From Octopus vulgaris (taxonomy: Eukaryota): DNA of 64,000 nt. The position numbers were made by a program, and so were the translations under genes. Location: the NCBI GenBank assembly GCA_951406725.2, contig OX597829.1:57164001-57228000 (forward strand), in the 5' to 3' direction. This document shows, in pieces, positions 27,323-38,899 of the stretch. Numbering within the stretch: position 1 is the stretch's first letter; each line of letters starts with the position of its first letter. Under the pieces are notes generated by a model. The model saw only the letters and a program-made list of their open reading frames with translations. It was not told where the DNA came from and ran no database searches.

Positions 27323-27631
27323 GTGGAGGCGCAATGGCACAGTGGTTAGGGCAGCGGACTCGCGGTCGTAGGATCGCGGTTTCGATCCCCAGACCGGGCG
27401 TTGTGAGTGTTTATTGAGCGAAAACACCTAAATAGCTCCACGAGGCTCCGGCAGGGGGTGGTGGTGATCCCTGCTGTACTCTTTCACCACTCTTTCTTCC
27501 ACTCTTTCTTCTGTTGGCCTGCTCGCTTAGCCAGTGGGGTGGCGTCATTCGAAGGCTAAAACAACGCGAACGCATTGTGACCAGCGATGTGTAACTACAT
27601 CTGATGGACTGGTCGGTCACGTGATCACGTG
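27323..27631 (+). mobile_element. Young tRNA-derived SINE with 12-bp TSD
   Basis: A-box TGGCACAGTGG and B-box GGTTTCGATCCC; CpGs retained. TSD ATATCAGCAACT at 27311-27322 and 27632-27643. Confidence 0.9.
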
Positions 27632-27642
27632 ATATCAGCAAC

Positions 27643-28931
27643 TAGGAGGATGGGCGGCAATGTTCATGAGTCGACTATGAAGGAGTAGTGCTAGAAATAT
27701 TGTGAAATATTGCATGCATTAAATTCAACCCTTTTTATTAATAACTGCGTTGTTTCATTCCAGGTAGATTGGCATCTACCTGTTCAAAGAAGATTTCAAA
27801 CATAACTAGTAGCAACTTCTTTCGAAAATGGACAAAATTTGGCATAGGGCTGTCATCAAGTACCTGCAGAAAAAGGGTTTAACCCCAAAGGACATTCATA
27901 CTGACATGGTTGCTATATTATGGGATGGACACCTCAGCTTTATCAACAGTGCAAATGTGGGCAACTGTCTTTGGGAGGGGAAGGAAGAGTCTTGAAGATG
28001 ACCCACAGACTGGACGCCCTGCAGCTGCCACCTCCGAGGAAAACATTGATCGTGTTCACTACAAGGTGATCGATGACAGGCGATTTACTATAAATCAGAT
28101 AGCCAATGCTATTACCATATTCCGAGAGAGTTGAGAATATTCTGCACACTGAACTTTGAATGACGAAAGTTTCTGTTCGGTGGGTGCCACGCCTTTTGAC
28201 ACCTGATCAAAAGTGCACCAGGCTGTTCGAGTCACGGGAAAATCTGACATCGTTTGAGGCAAATCCAGCTGATTTCCTTGAACTCTTCCTAACTCAGGAT
28301 GAGTGCTAGGTTCACCACTTTGAGCCAGAGACAAAGAGAAAGCTATGTATTAGAAACATCCCTCCCCACCTGCTCCAAAGAAGATCAGGGTTGTTTCATC
28401 TGCAGAGAAGGTGAAGGCCTTAGTTTTTGGGGATGTAACAGGCATCGTGTTTAATGACTATCTTCAAAAGGGTCACACCCTCAATGGAGAGTACTATGCC
28501 AACTTGTTGAGGCAGTTATGAAAGGCTATCAAGACCAAATGGTCAGGAAAGCTGACGAAAGGTGTCTTATTTCGCCAGGAGAATGCTCCAACATACAAGT
28601 CCTTGCTTTCAATGGCTGTTGTGCATGACCGTGGCTTTGAACTGGTTGATCAGCCTCCTTGCTCTCCTAATTTGGCCCCATCTGACAATCATCTGTTCTT
28701 CAACATGAGAAAACACTTTACTGGGAATCAGTATTGCAGTGTTGATGACGTCATATCTGATGTTGATTATTTTTTGACCAACAAGCTGAAAGTTTCTTCA
28801 CCAATGGGATCTAAGCATTGCAACACCGAAAGACTACAAAGGGCACTATGTTGGAAAATAAAACCTCATTTGGTTACATTCCATGAGAGTATCTTGGTCA
28901 GCCAATAAACTTTTCAGCCGTTCCTCGAATA
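27643..28931 (+). mobile_element. Full-length decayed mariner; transposase pseudogene from ATG at 27828
   Basis: MDKIWHRAVIKYL...SLEDDPQTGRP...WVPRLL...CSPNLAPSDNHLF (cf. WVPHEL and YSPDLAPSD), with stops, frameshifts and degenerate TIRs. Confidence 0.92.
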
Positions 28932-29914
28932 TCATTTAAATTTTATTTTCTTCATCAATTTCATTAAGTATTTTCATTAGATTTCTTAAAGTTCTTCTAT
29001 TTAAAAAAAGCAGTTATAAAACGAAAGAACAAAGGGATCATTTTTAAATCAAGAATTTTTCTTATTTATTTTAAGTTTTATTTTTATTTTGGCAATTTAC
29101 ATGATGGGGTCAATAAGTTATCAACGATTCTACCAAAGGGTCAATGGCATTATAAGTTTGTCGATCCCTGAACCAAGATATAGCATTGAAGATGAAACGT
29201 CTGTATGAGTGATTAATTATCGATGACTCGTTTGGGAGTCTGCTTGCGTCGAACAGTTAGGAGATGAAGTACAAAAGGGCGTTGAAGGCGGAACAATAGA
29301 TTTTAGCCTTATTTTTGAAGTAGAAGTGTCAGACGAAGCTGAACAGTTTGAAGCTGTTTTCTTCTTTCTAACGAAACTTTCAGTGTTTAACCCCGATAAC
29401 ATTTCAAATGGAAGCCAAAGTCGAGGAGAGGAAAGTCCCGGGTTTCAATAAATGTTTTGAAAAGTGGGTGGATGTGAATTCACGTACCCAGGCGGTTCAT
29501 CGTGCTCGTTTCGTTTACAATCTGACGACAGCAGGAAGAAGAAGCTTTTCCCTATGGGCACAGTCACTACTTTGTTAGGGTGTCGTATGTTCTAGGTCGG
29601 TCTCCCTTGCTCTTGGTGTGTGTATGTGTGCGTGCGTGCGTGCGTGCGTGCATGCGTGTGTATGTGTATTTTACGTATAAACTGTATTTTCGTAACTGCA
29701 AATTGTCTGCGTGTTTGTATGCTTATCTCTGTCTGTCTGTCTGTCTGCTTGCCCTCCCCCGCCTCCCCCTCTCTCTCTCCCTCCCTGTTTCATTTCTTTT
29801 TCATAAAATCTCGAATTCGGTGACCCCCAAATATTTTATTTTGGAAATGACCTGGAAGAATGGTTCTGTGGTATTCTATTTCCGCGGTATCTCTAAATAA
29901 CCGAACTCATGAAA

Positions 29915-30075
29915 TATGTATATATAAGAAATACATACAAACATACATACATACATACATACACATATATATATATATATGAAATATATATATAAAATGA
30001 TATAAATATATATATATATATATATATAAATATATATATACATATATACATGCATATTTGTACATACTTACATAC

Positions 30076-30119
<44 letters not shown>

Positions 30120-30123
30120 TTAC

Positions 30124-30180
<57 letters not shown>

Positions 30181-30205
30181 TACATATATATATATATGCA
30201 TATAT
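29915..30205. repeat. (TA)n/(TACA)n microsatellite
   Basis: Direct reading. Confidence 0.95.
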
Positions 30206-30706
30206 GGGTACAGGACGTCACAGACGACATCAATTTATTAAAAAAATTATAAAATCAACAAATGGCGACGTGTAACCCCCACCCCACCCAAAAATGTTGA
30301 GGAGCGGAAGAGGTTAGCGAAAAAAAAAGAGGGAGGGGAAAGGATGGATGGGTGGGAAACTCTTCTTCAAGATTATTAACGATTACTTCCTCTCCCCTGG
30401 TCAGGAAATACAATATTTAACAGCAACAACGGCAAATACCCCCGCATCCCCACCATCATCGTAAAAATCCGAGCATGACAGCAACATCCGCACCAACTAA
30501 AACAGCAACTACGTTACTAGTGTTGTGCCCAGTAGCAACAGAAGCAAAGCCATTGACAATATGAACAATTACAACATCAACAACAGCAGCGGTAATAGCA
30601 ACAACAACAACAACAACAAGCAGGGCACTCTCACGCAGCAGATTAAAACGCTGACAACCAATAGAAAAGACGTTAGACGTTAGATACAGATATATCTATA
30701 TCTATA

Positions 30707-31219
30707 TCTATATATATAAAATTGTAGTTGTGTGAGTGTCTGTCCCCTTCGATTTAGATTCCTAACTAATCCCACATTTTGCGGTGCAGTTTAACCAAAT
30801 TCGGGTATCTTATAGTCGTGATTCATATCGAGCCCGTCTGAGTATTAGCGCGCGTCTACGATGAGTCTACGATTTAAAAAATAATTTAACATCATTTTTT
30901 ATTCCATTTTAATGCATAATTTTTCGTGTGTCGATGGCGGCGGAGTTGGCGTCCATGGTCACACCTGCACCTGTTTGCTTCTCCCCCTTCTTCCCTCCCT
31001 CGTGAAGCTGTGGGGAAGGGAGTGTAAGGAAATCAACGTCGTAAAGCGTTGTCAAGGAGACCAGCGTTCTTTTAGAACAACGACTTCATGGCTTGAAGAC
31101 ACCAAAACAGAAATAGCTAAGAAAGCCCGAATTGGCATCTATAAGGGAAGTAGCTCTCTAAAAATGCTTATATAGTTATTTCCCTTACAAACCCGAGCAA
31201 CGCCGGGCGATACTGCTAG
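30707..31219 (+). mobile_element. Non-autonomous Helitron, unit 1 of a tandem pair
   Basis: TCTATATATATAAA start; CCCGAGCAACGCCGGG hairpin; CTAG end. Confidence 0.9.
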
Positions 31220-31616
31220 TCAATATATATAAAAGTGAAGTTGTGTGTCTGTCTCCTACGATTTAGATTCCTAACTACTCCCACATTTTGCGGTGCAGTG
31301 TAACCAAAAGCGGGTATCTTATAGTCGTGATTCATATCGAGCCCTTCTGGGTATTAGCGCGCGTCTACGATGAGTCTACGATTTAAAAAAAAAATTTACC
31401 ATCAATTTTTTCTATTTTAATGCATTTTTCGGTACTATATAAGGGAAGTAACTCTCTAAAAATGTCTACGATGAGTCAACGATTTAAAAAAAATTTACCA
31501 TAATTTTTTTTCCATTTTTAATGCATTTTTTGGCTATATTTTGGCTATAACTCTCTAAAAATGCTTATATAGTTATTTCCCTTAGAAACCGAAGCAACGC
31601 CGGGCGATACTGCTAG
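31220..31616 (+). mobile_element. Non-autonomous Helitron, unit 2 of a tandem pair
   Basis: TCAATATATATAAA start directly after the CTAG of unit 1; same ~200-bp head and ~80-bp tail; CTAG end. Confidence 0.9.
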
Positions 31617-32722
31617 TCAAATATACAGCATAAATTCATGATTTATTAAAATTCTTCTTGTCTGTAGAGGATGTATCATAACTACCGAAATGGCAATTGT
31701 GACCGGTTCCACTTGAGAAGGAGAGATAAACTCAAGAATCAAGAATTTCTGCGAAATGAATGTCGTTAAGGAAAAGGTGCCATTTGGTAACTAGGAAACA
31801 ATCTCTATTCAAATACATATCATTGGGTTCTTTGAGTTATCTCTCTTTGATCAGTATTGTATGAATTATGCCAATTAGCCTGGCTGTAAATGAATTTTAG
31901 TCTCTTTTGGTATAAATCTAAGTCCTTTGATGAGTGGAAATAAGGTTTAACAACTGTTGTGCTGATAACGATTATTAAGCCAGGAACATGTACCCTCAAC
32001 AGCCAGCCTACATTCGGACAATAAGCCTGTCCTTTTCCTTAATGAGATGTCAACACTGGAGAATCTTTGAGTGTCCCTTTGGCGTACCTCCTCCGGCAAT
32101 ATCTGTAGTCTCCTTACTAAAACCCCAGCTGTTTTGTGACTTTTCGTGGTATAATTTATTATCTTTGCTTACCTTTTTTTATTTTATTTTTATGACTTCA
32201 AGACTCGTGACTTTTCTTACTTTTTTTGTACTTTTTTCATCTAAGGGTGCTTACATTCATTTTTACCCCTTTTCACCTGAGAGCTCCTATCTGTGCTTAC
32301 CTCTTTCCCCCTCTTTTGACAAGAGGACTCCTGACTGAGCTATATAAAAGAGCAATCAATTAACTCTCTCATTTGTATCCTCCTGAAATTGAAGCCGATA
32401 GCATCAGGCAAACTCATTTTACCTACTTTTACCTACAACATTTAAAAAAAACTTCAATAGACGTGTTATTTTGACAGAGGAAACAACAGTCAAATGATAA
32501 AACAATGTTATGGATACAACACAAGAAACAAACCCTTGTGCACTGTGGGCCCTAATACGCAAGGAAAACGAAAGCATGACAAAGTTAGGGAATACAAGCC
32601 TGTACTTCGCTGTCTTCGGAAGGCCTATTAAACATCACATTCTGTTCGGAAAGGAAACACTTTTTTATTATACATCAACAACAGATTTATATGAAATTTT
32701 AGAGTTGATATACTTTTTGTAA

Positions 32723-32880
32723 TGGGTGGCTGTGTGGTAAGAAGTTCACCTCCCAACCACATAGCTCTGGGTTCAATCCCATTGCGTGGAACCTTTGACA
32801 ATTGTTGTCTACCATATCCTGGATCAACCTTGTGAAGAAATTTGTCAAACGGAAACTGAAAGAAGCCCATCGTGTGTGTG
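32723..32880 (+). mobile_element. CORE-type tRNA SINE (5' part)
   Basis: GTGGCTGTGTGGTAAG A-box, GGTTCAATCCC B-box and CORE-like GTGGAACCTTTGACAA. Confidence 0.8.
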
Positions 32881-33622
32881 TACAGCTAAATCATATTTGG
32901 GTTGAAACCTTGTAGGATGCTATGTAAAGCTTGTCCAAAGTTTTTGGCTACCTAATGTCATCAACAGTAGAAGTGCACATGCTACTGGATTTACTTCAGG
33001 GATTTCTTGGTGTCTGTAGGGTTTATATAAAAATGGATCAGAGACAGATGGCAGAATTCAAGACATTCTTTATTCAAATTCACTGCAATTGTTCTGACTC
33101 ATTCTGCACATGTAGCTCATAGGCGAGATGCTGTGCGATCAATCGCCTTGACTCACAGAAAGCGTAGAACGTTGCCGTCTCAGGTGAACTTTTTTAAACA
33201 ATTACCTCACTATTTCTCCTTACCATTTCACCTTGCCTTATAACAAGGCATATTTCAGAAAAAAAACAGTATCTTCTGAGAACTGCTACTACCCAGATAT
33301 TTTACATTGTTACAAAGCTAGGAGAAATGGCAAGGAGTAATAGCAAGGCACTAGTTTAAAAAGTCACCTAAGAAGGTGTATTCGACACCTGTGATGCAAG
33401 ATAACTAACTGCACAGCATCCCACGGCTACAGGTGCAGAATGAGTGGAAACAATTGCAGTGAGCTTAAATAAAGAATCTCATTAATTCCGTTATCTGTCT
33501 CTGATCTATGTACATGCACACTTACACACACATGCACGCACGCACGCACGCACGCACACACAGAGGCACAAACACTGATGTATGTATGTATGTATGTATG
33601 TATGTATGTGTGTGTACATGTA

Positions 33623-33696
<74 letters not shown>

Positions 33697-33700
<4 letters not shown>

Positions 33701-33951
33701 TCGCCATACTAATATGGCATTCTTATAAAAATAAGAATAAAGCTGACCGCTTATTAGCTCCATGAGGCCATCGCCTTAAGTTAGCTATTTGATACACAAA
33801 CTGTATCCATATAATCTTTGAACAAGGGACAAAGATTATATGGATACAGTTTGTGTATCAAATAGCTAACTAAGGCGATGGCCTCATGGAGCTAATAAGC
33901 GGTCAGCTTTATATTATTTTTATAAGAATACCATATTAGTATGGCGATAAC
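33697..33951. repeat. Near-perfect foldback palindrome (~123-bp arms, 9-nt spacer) inside (TA)n
   Basis: 33697-33820 is the reverse complement of 33830-33951, with about 3-4 differences. Confidence 0.95.
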
Positions 33952-33954
33952 TAT

Positions 33955-33989
<35 letters not shown>

Positions 33990-36445
33990 CTATATTTATC
34001 TATCTCAATATTTGTGTTTGTCCCTCACCACCGCCGCCTGATAGTGTTGGTTTCTTTGTTTCCCCATAATCTCGTGATTTGGCCAAAAGATATCGATGGA
34101 ATAAGTACGAGGTTAGAGTGAAAAAAAAACTTATGTAGTGGGATCAATTTGTTTAACTCAACCCTTGGAGGCAGTGCTCCAGCGTGGTCTTAAAATAAGT
34201 GAAAGAATAACGGGTAAATCTTCAATTACGAGAACGGACTTATATAATACGCACCTCTCGGCATGAATCATTCCTACAACACCAGGCCAGGGCAGAGCTG
34301 GTTCTGCATTCCTCAAAACAGTGCAACTCTCGAACTGGGCTCCGACTGACAGATGCAGACTAAAGTATCGTCAAAGACATTAATAATAAATCATTATTCA
34401 ACATTATTCAACTTGATTTTAATCGTCCTGCAGTATAAAGTTCTTGCAGTTGTAGCGGTCAACTGTGGTCAAGAGTAGAAATGCAGATAGACCCATTCGT
34501 TAAAATGTAAAATGGCCCTGTAGAGCGAACGGTAAAGGACCACCAAATACTCTCTTTGTAACGACAGCAGATACAAAGAAAAGCACGATATGGCGAAAGC
34601 CATACCCGATGTGAAGTGTGAGAAAAATATTTTTGTCAATAACAGAATTTTAACAAAAGCACCAAGAACTATGAAGAGGAGTAGGATGCTTCATTGTGGT
34701 ACACGTGGGAGAAAAGAAAAAATGTCTCTAAAAATAAGTTTACAATGCACAAAACAATGGACATTGTGGAAATTTCATACACATTTTCTATTTGATAGAA
34801 AAAAAAAAAAGAAAAGTTACAGCGAGTTAGAGTCAGAGAGCAAGATTTGAAAGCTGTCATTTTGTGCGTGACTGCATGAATGTTGCCATACCTCATGTGG
34901 TTTATGCATATAATAAGTGAAAAATGATCACGTGGGCAAGCAGTTTGGTAACAGCTTGACTTGTTACTATGGAAACAGGTACCTACATGTCTGTGGCTTT
35001 CGATCGGTTAAAATTATCCAAAATTTGGAAACTTTAAAAGCTATTAACTGCTTATTTATTGATTTGTGGTGAAAATAAATTTCATGTCAATGATTACCTT
35101 ACAAAACTACATCAAATATGAAATCAATTGGAACAAAAATTGAAGAAATTGAAAAATGGCTGCAAAACAGAAAAGATTGCGGCGGATTACTTCAAAATAC
35201 TTACAATTAATGAACGCGCGCGTGTGTATATGTGTGTGTGTTAATGTTGGATTTTATGTGAAGTTATTTTGTAAAAGAAACAAAGAATTACTCAATACTT
35301 TTTTAGTAGACTACATATTTATGGCACAAGGAAAAAGTTGACTGCGACTTCGAAGTTTTGCCCCACCGAACTCATCTCCAGATATCTTGACCGTGTCGTT
35401 GCCCCCCTAGTTGCTTCCCTCCCCTCACATCCATGACACCAACCACGCGCTTTGTTTGTTCAACTCTTTCTCCTTCCCTCCTGGCCCCTCTAAATTTCTC
35501 TTCTCCCTCGACATCCAGAGCCTTTACACGGTGATACCTCACCACGGGGGGCTGCGTGCACCCCAACATTTCCTTGACCCTCGACCCAACCCCCAGCCTG
35601 ACACATCCACACTCGTTCGTCTGGCCGAACTTGTCCTCTCACTCAACTGCTTCTCGTTCGCGGGTGATTTCTACCAGTATATCTCGGAAGTGCCCATGGG
35701 AACGAGAATGGGTTCCAACTATGCAAACCTGTTCGTTGGCTACGTTGAGGTCCAAATATTCTCAAGTTACACTGGTCCCACTGCCGAACTATACGGCCGT
35801 TATATTGACGACATTATCGGTGCGACCTCACTCTCCTGCGGACATCTAGACTCCTTCTTCTCTTTTGTCAAATCTTTCCATCCTACCCTCCACTTCTCCT
35901 ACACTATCTCTGACACCTCTGTCTCCTTTCTTGACATTTGGTCAGCATTCATCACTCCACTCTCACCACCTCCATCCTCTACAAACACACATACCCACAC
36001 TCATACCTCAACTTCTTTTCCTCCCACCCTAAACAAACCAAGCTTTCCATCCCCTATTCCCAATTCCTCCGTCTCAGTAGTGACGACCATGACTTTGAGA
36101 CTCAGTCTCAACTCATTGCTTACCACTTCATCCTACGTAGATATCCCCTCACCACTATCCACACCACCTTTACCAGAGCATGTTCCATGGACCGTGCATC
36201 TGCTCTCTCCCCCCGAACCTGCCCCGCCGTCTCCCGTCTTCCATTTCCACTCATCTACCACCCCACCACCCTACCTCTCCAACGCACCATTCTCCAAGCC
36301 TTCCGGTGACCCCAGTCCAACCCCCTCCACTTCGCACATCTTCCCTAACGGATCCCTCCCCTCCTTCAAACGAGCCCACAACCTACAAGACCTTTTGGTC
36401 CACAGCTTCTTCCCTAACCCAACCTCTCAATGCGGTTCGTCCCCC

Positions 36446-36550
36446 TGCTTCCGCCTATGCTTCCGCCTATGCTTCCGCCTATGCTTCCGCCTATGCTTCC
36501 GCCTATGCTTCCGCCTATGCTTCCGCCTATGCTTCCGCCTATGCTTCCGC
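36446..36550 (+). repeat. 12-bp tandem repeat TGCTTCCGCCTA x8.75, perfect and in frame (CFRL)n
   Basis: Direct reading. Confidence 0.97.
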
Positions 36551-37501
36551 ACTTGCCCTTACCTCTCCAAAACCATCCTCCTCACCGGCGCCCATCATCG
36601 ACCCTATCACATCACCGACTCTGTCACCTGCACTTCGACCAATATCATCTACTGCATCTCCTGCTCTCTCTGCCCTTCTCTATACATCGAGCAAACGGGA
36701 CGCCGCGTAGCTGACCGGTTCGCGGAACACCTCCGAGACATCCGACTCGGCAATGACACCCCGGTCTTGAGCCATTTCTGCTCTACTGGTCATTCTTTGC
36801 AACACTTGTCTGTGTTCGGATTGTCCTTGCACAGGGGACATCCGGACACCCATTTGCGCCGTGAACAAGGATTAATCTTCTCTCTTCGCTCCTTTGCGCC
36901 ACATGGGCTCAATTCTCCTCCCCTCGCATCTGTCCTCCTCAAACCTACTTCCTCCCACCCATCTCTCTTCTCTTGCTCCTACTCTTACTCTCCTTCTCTC
37001 TTCTCTTCACTCCTACCTACCTTCTCCTCCTCCCTTCATCGTCTCCCTTCCCTCGTAAGCCCACCCCAACCCTACGCATTCCACCCCACCTTTCCCATCT
37101 CACCCCTTACACCCACTCCCACATACCCCACATCTACCCCCACCCTCAGCCTAACCCACACCCCACCCTTGTTTTCCCCACGTCCCAACACCCTCACACC
37201 GCACCACACAACACATCACATCACACCACTACGCATACATCAGCACTGACCACTTCCCAGACCCATATTTTCACACCTACACATACACACACGCACACGT
37301 CAAGATCACCAGCCCTCTTCCACAAGCACAAACAAACTTATACACACGCACACGCACCTTCGTTTTGGGATCACCACTACTTTATTACCTCCCCTTCTCC
37401 CTAGCTCTCTTGTGTGACCCTTCTGTGCAGCATTCACCATGATAGATCGCTAGCGACTACACATTTTAAAATTTTCTCTCCCTGTTTTTTTTTCTGAGTT
37501 C

Positions 37502-37531
37502 CTTTCTGTGGAAAAGCGTAGGCTCGAAAAC
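37502..37531 (+). ncRNA. Degenerate hammerhead relic in a PLE pseudo-LTR
   Basis: CTTT-CTGTGGA-AAAGC(GTAG)GCTC-GAAAAC; core mutated and cleavage triplet missing. Confidence 0.4.
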
Positions 37532-37847
37532 TTTTTCACTTCTCGAGTGTGTGTGTGTGTTTTGTCCTGTTATTACTATTATTGTTTTTTGTATTTATAT
37601 TCGTGTGGCATCGTCCGTTTTTCTGTCCTTGTTTCGTATACATTCGATCCTTTTTCCAAGAAATCTAATGTTCGTAGCTTAGTTTTTCCTTGGGGCTGGC
37701 CGGATCGGAGCGATCTCAAGATTAATCAGCCGAAATTGCGAGGATGATCCGGTTCTTGACTGAAGATTGAAGGCTTCGAATGTCCCGTCCGTGTTTTTTG
37801 TATCGTCTTCTAAATGTTTTACGTTCTTATCCCAGTTTGTATTTTTC

Positions 37848-37934
<87 letters not shown>

Positions 37935-38375
37935 GGAGTGCAGAGGGCAAAATGAAGCGAGCAAGACATCTTGGTCTTCCACTGCATCTGCCTCTGTCCC
38001 CAGTCGCCTTGACCTGGTCCTCTTACTCGATTGAAGAGGATTAAAATAAAACTAGAGAGAATGAAGCAAGTCTTCTTCTCTTTTAAAAAACTACCACACT
38101 AGTTAGCCTTTATGATGACAAGACGATCCTTGTCACTCCGATGGACAAACAAATGCATATATGAACATGTACAGCTAGTTACATGGTTGCATCAGTGGTA
38201 TATCAAGTTGTGTCTCCATCAGCCGAGCCTTGAAAAGATTGATGTTACAAATAAGTGGGATAAAAACATTTAAAACACTTTCCCAAGGTACCGGGCAGTG
38301 GGACATGACCTGTAGCTATGTTAGTACCCTCACTGACCTTACATTAACAATATTAGTGCCATCACTGCCCCTGCA

Positions 38376-38510
38376 TCTATATAAATAAACGCGAAATTCT
38401 GTCCGTCCGGGACCCCAGTATCTCAGTCTACGTTTGCTTTACATGAACATATTATACCTTTTTGGAATCAAGATGATCCCGGGATTGAAAATCTGCCCTT
38501 CATTTGGTTC
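38376..38510 (+). mobile_element. Helitron 5' fragment
   Basis: A|TCTATATAAATAAA..TTCTGTCCGTCC head like the other Helitrons; no 3' end found. Confidence 0.5.
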
Positions 38511-38629
38511 TTGAACATCCAACACTGGGATCTAACTTAAAATCATTTTGGTTGCTATTTCTAGCAGGTAGAGTGACCGTAAGAGGTACAAGAGTTACTT
38601 CCCTTAGCTTTAAGTTTTACTAAGGAATT

Positions 38630-38860
38630 TGGTGGTTCTTTTATCTTTTTCAGTCATCACACTGCAGCCACGCTGGGGCAATGCCTTGAAGAAATCGACA
38701 CCAGTTCTTTCTTTTTCATGCCTGGTACGTTTTTATTGGTCTCTTTTACCGAATCGCTAAGTTATGTGAATGTAAACATACCAACACCACTTGTCAAGCA
38801 GTGGTGTGGAACAAACACTGACACAAAGGCACAATACATATATACACATAGTGCATATAT
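38630..38860 (-). mobile_element. CORE-type SINE 3' part
   Basis: Aligns to 59935-60150. Confidence 0.75.
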
Positions 38861-38899
38861 ACATGTACATGTATGCGTGTGTGTGCACGTGTATAGCAA

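Larger units (their letters stand above)
35375..37852 (+). mobile_element. 5'-truncated Penelope-like element (Neptune-like): RT, Zn-knuckle linker, GIY-YIG, pseudo-LTR, ending at (TA)n
   Basis: LDIQSLYTVIPH, PMGTRMGSNYANLF, RYIDD and VSFLDI; frameshifted YLNFFSSHP..SIPYSQFLRL; CTSTNIIYCISCSLC..YIEQTGR..RFAEH..REQGLIFSL..PHGLN. Two compensating frameshifts. Confidence 0.95.

Noticed and set aside
27323-27400. tRNA gene
   Set aside because: It is the head of a TSD-bounded SINE, with no clean acceptor stem or terminator.
29217-29445. Ser-rich minus-strand ORF as an exon
   Set aside because: It is short, with an upstream in-frame stop, no recognisable domain and no partner exons.
31660-31704. 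Hammerhead-like CTGTAGA...GAAAT...GTG
   Set aside because: Core and cleavage triplet both deviate, the stems are weak, and no PLE relic is adjacent.
34288-35340. Possible hAT MITE (CAGGGC...GCCCTG) and adjacent transposase relic
   Set aside because: Only a 6-bp terminal match, with no TSD or diagnostic motif.
36446-36550. CRISPR-like array
   Set aside because: There are no spacers and the context is eukaryotic; it is a simple tandem repeat.
35411-37249. 612-aa ORF as a functional RT-endonuclease
   Set aside because: It is 5'-truncated, and its middle third is out of frame between two compensating frameshifts; it is a pseudogene.
37740-37790. SECIS element (ATGA motif)
   Set aside because: There is no 11-12 bp helix with apical AA and 3' GA after the ATGA, and no in-frame UGA pattern was noted in the ORF.
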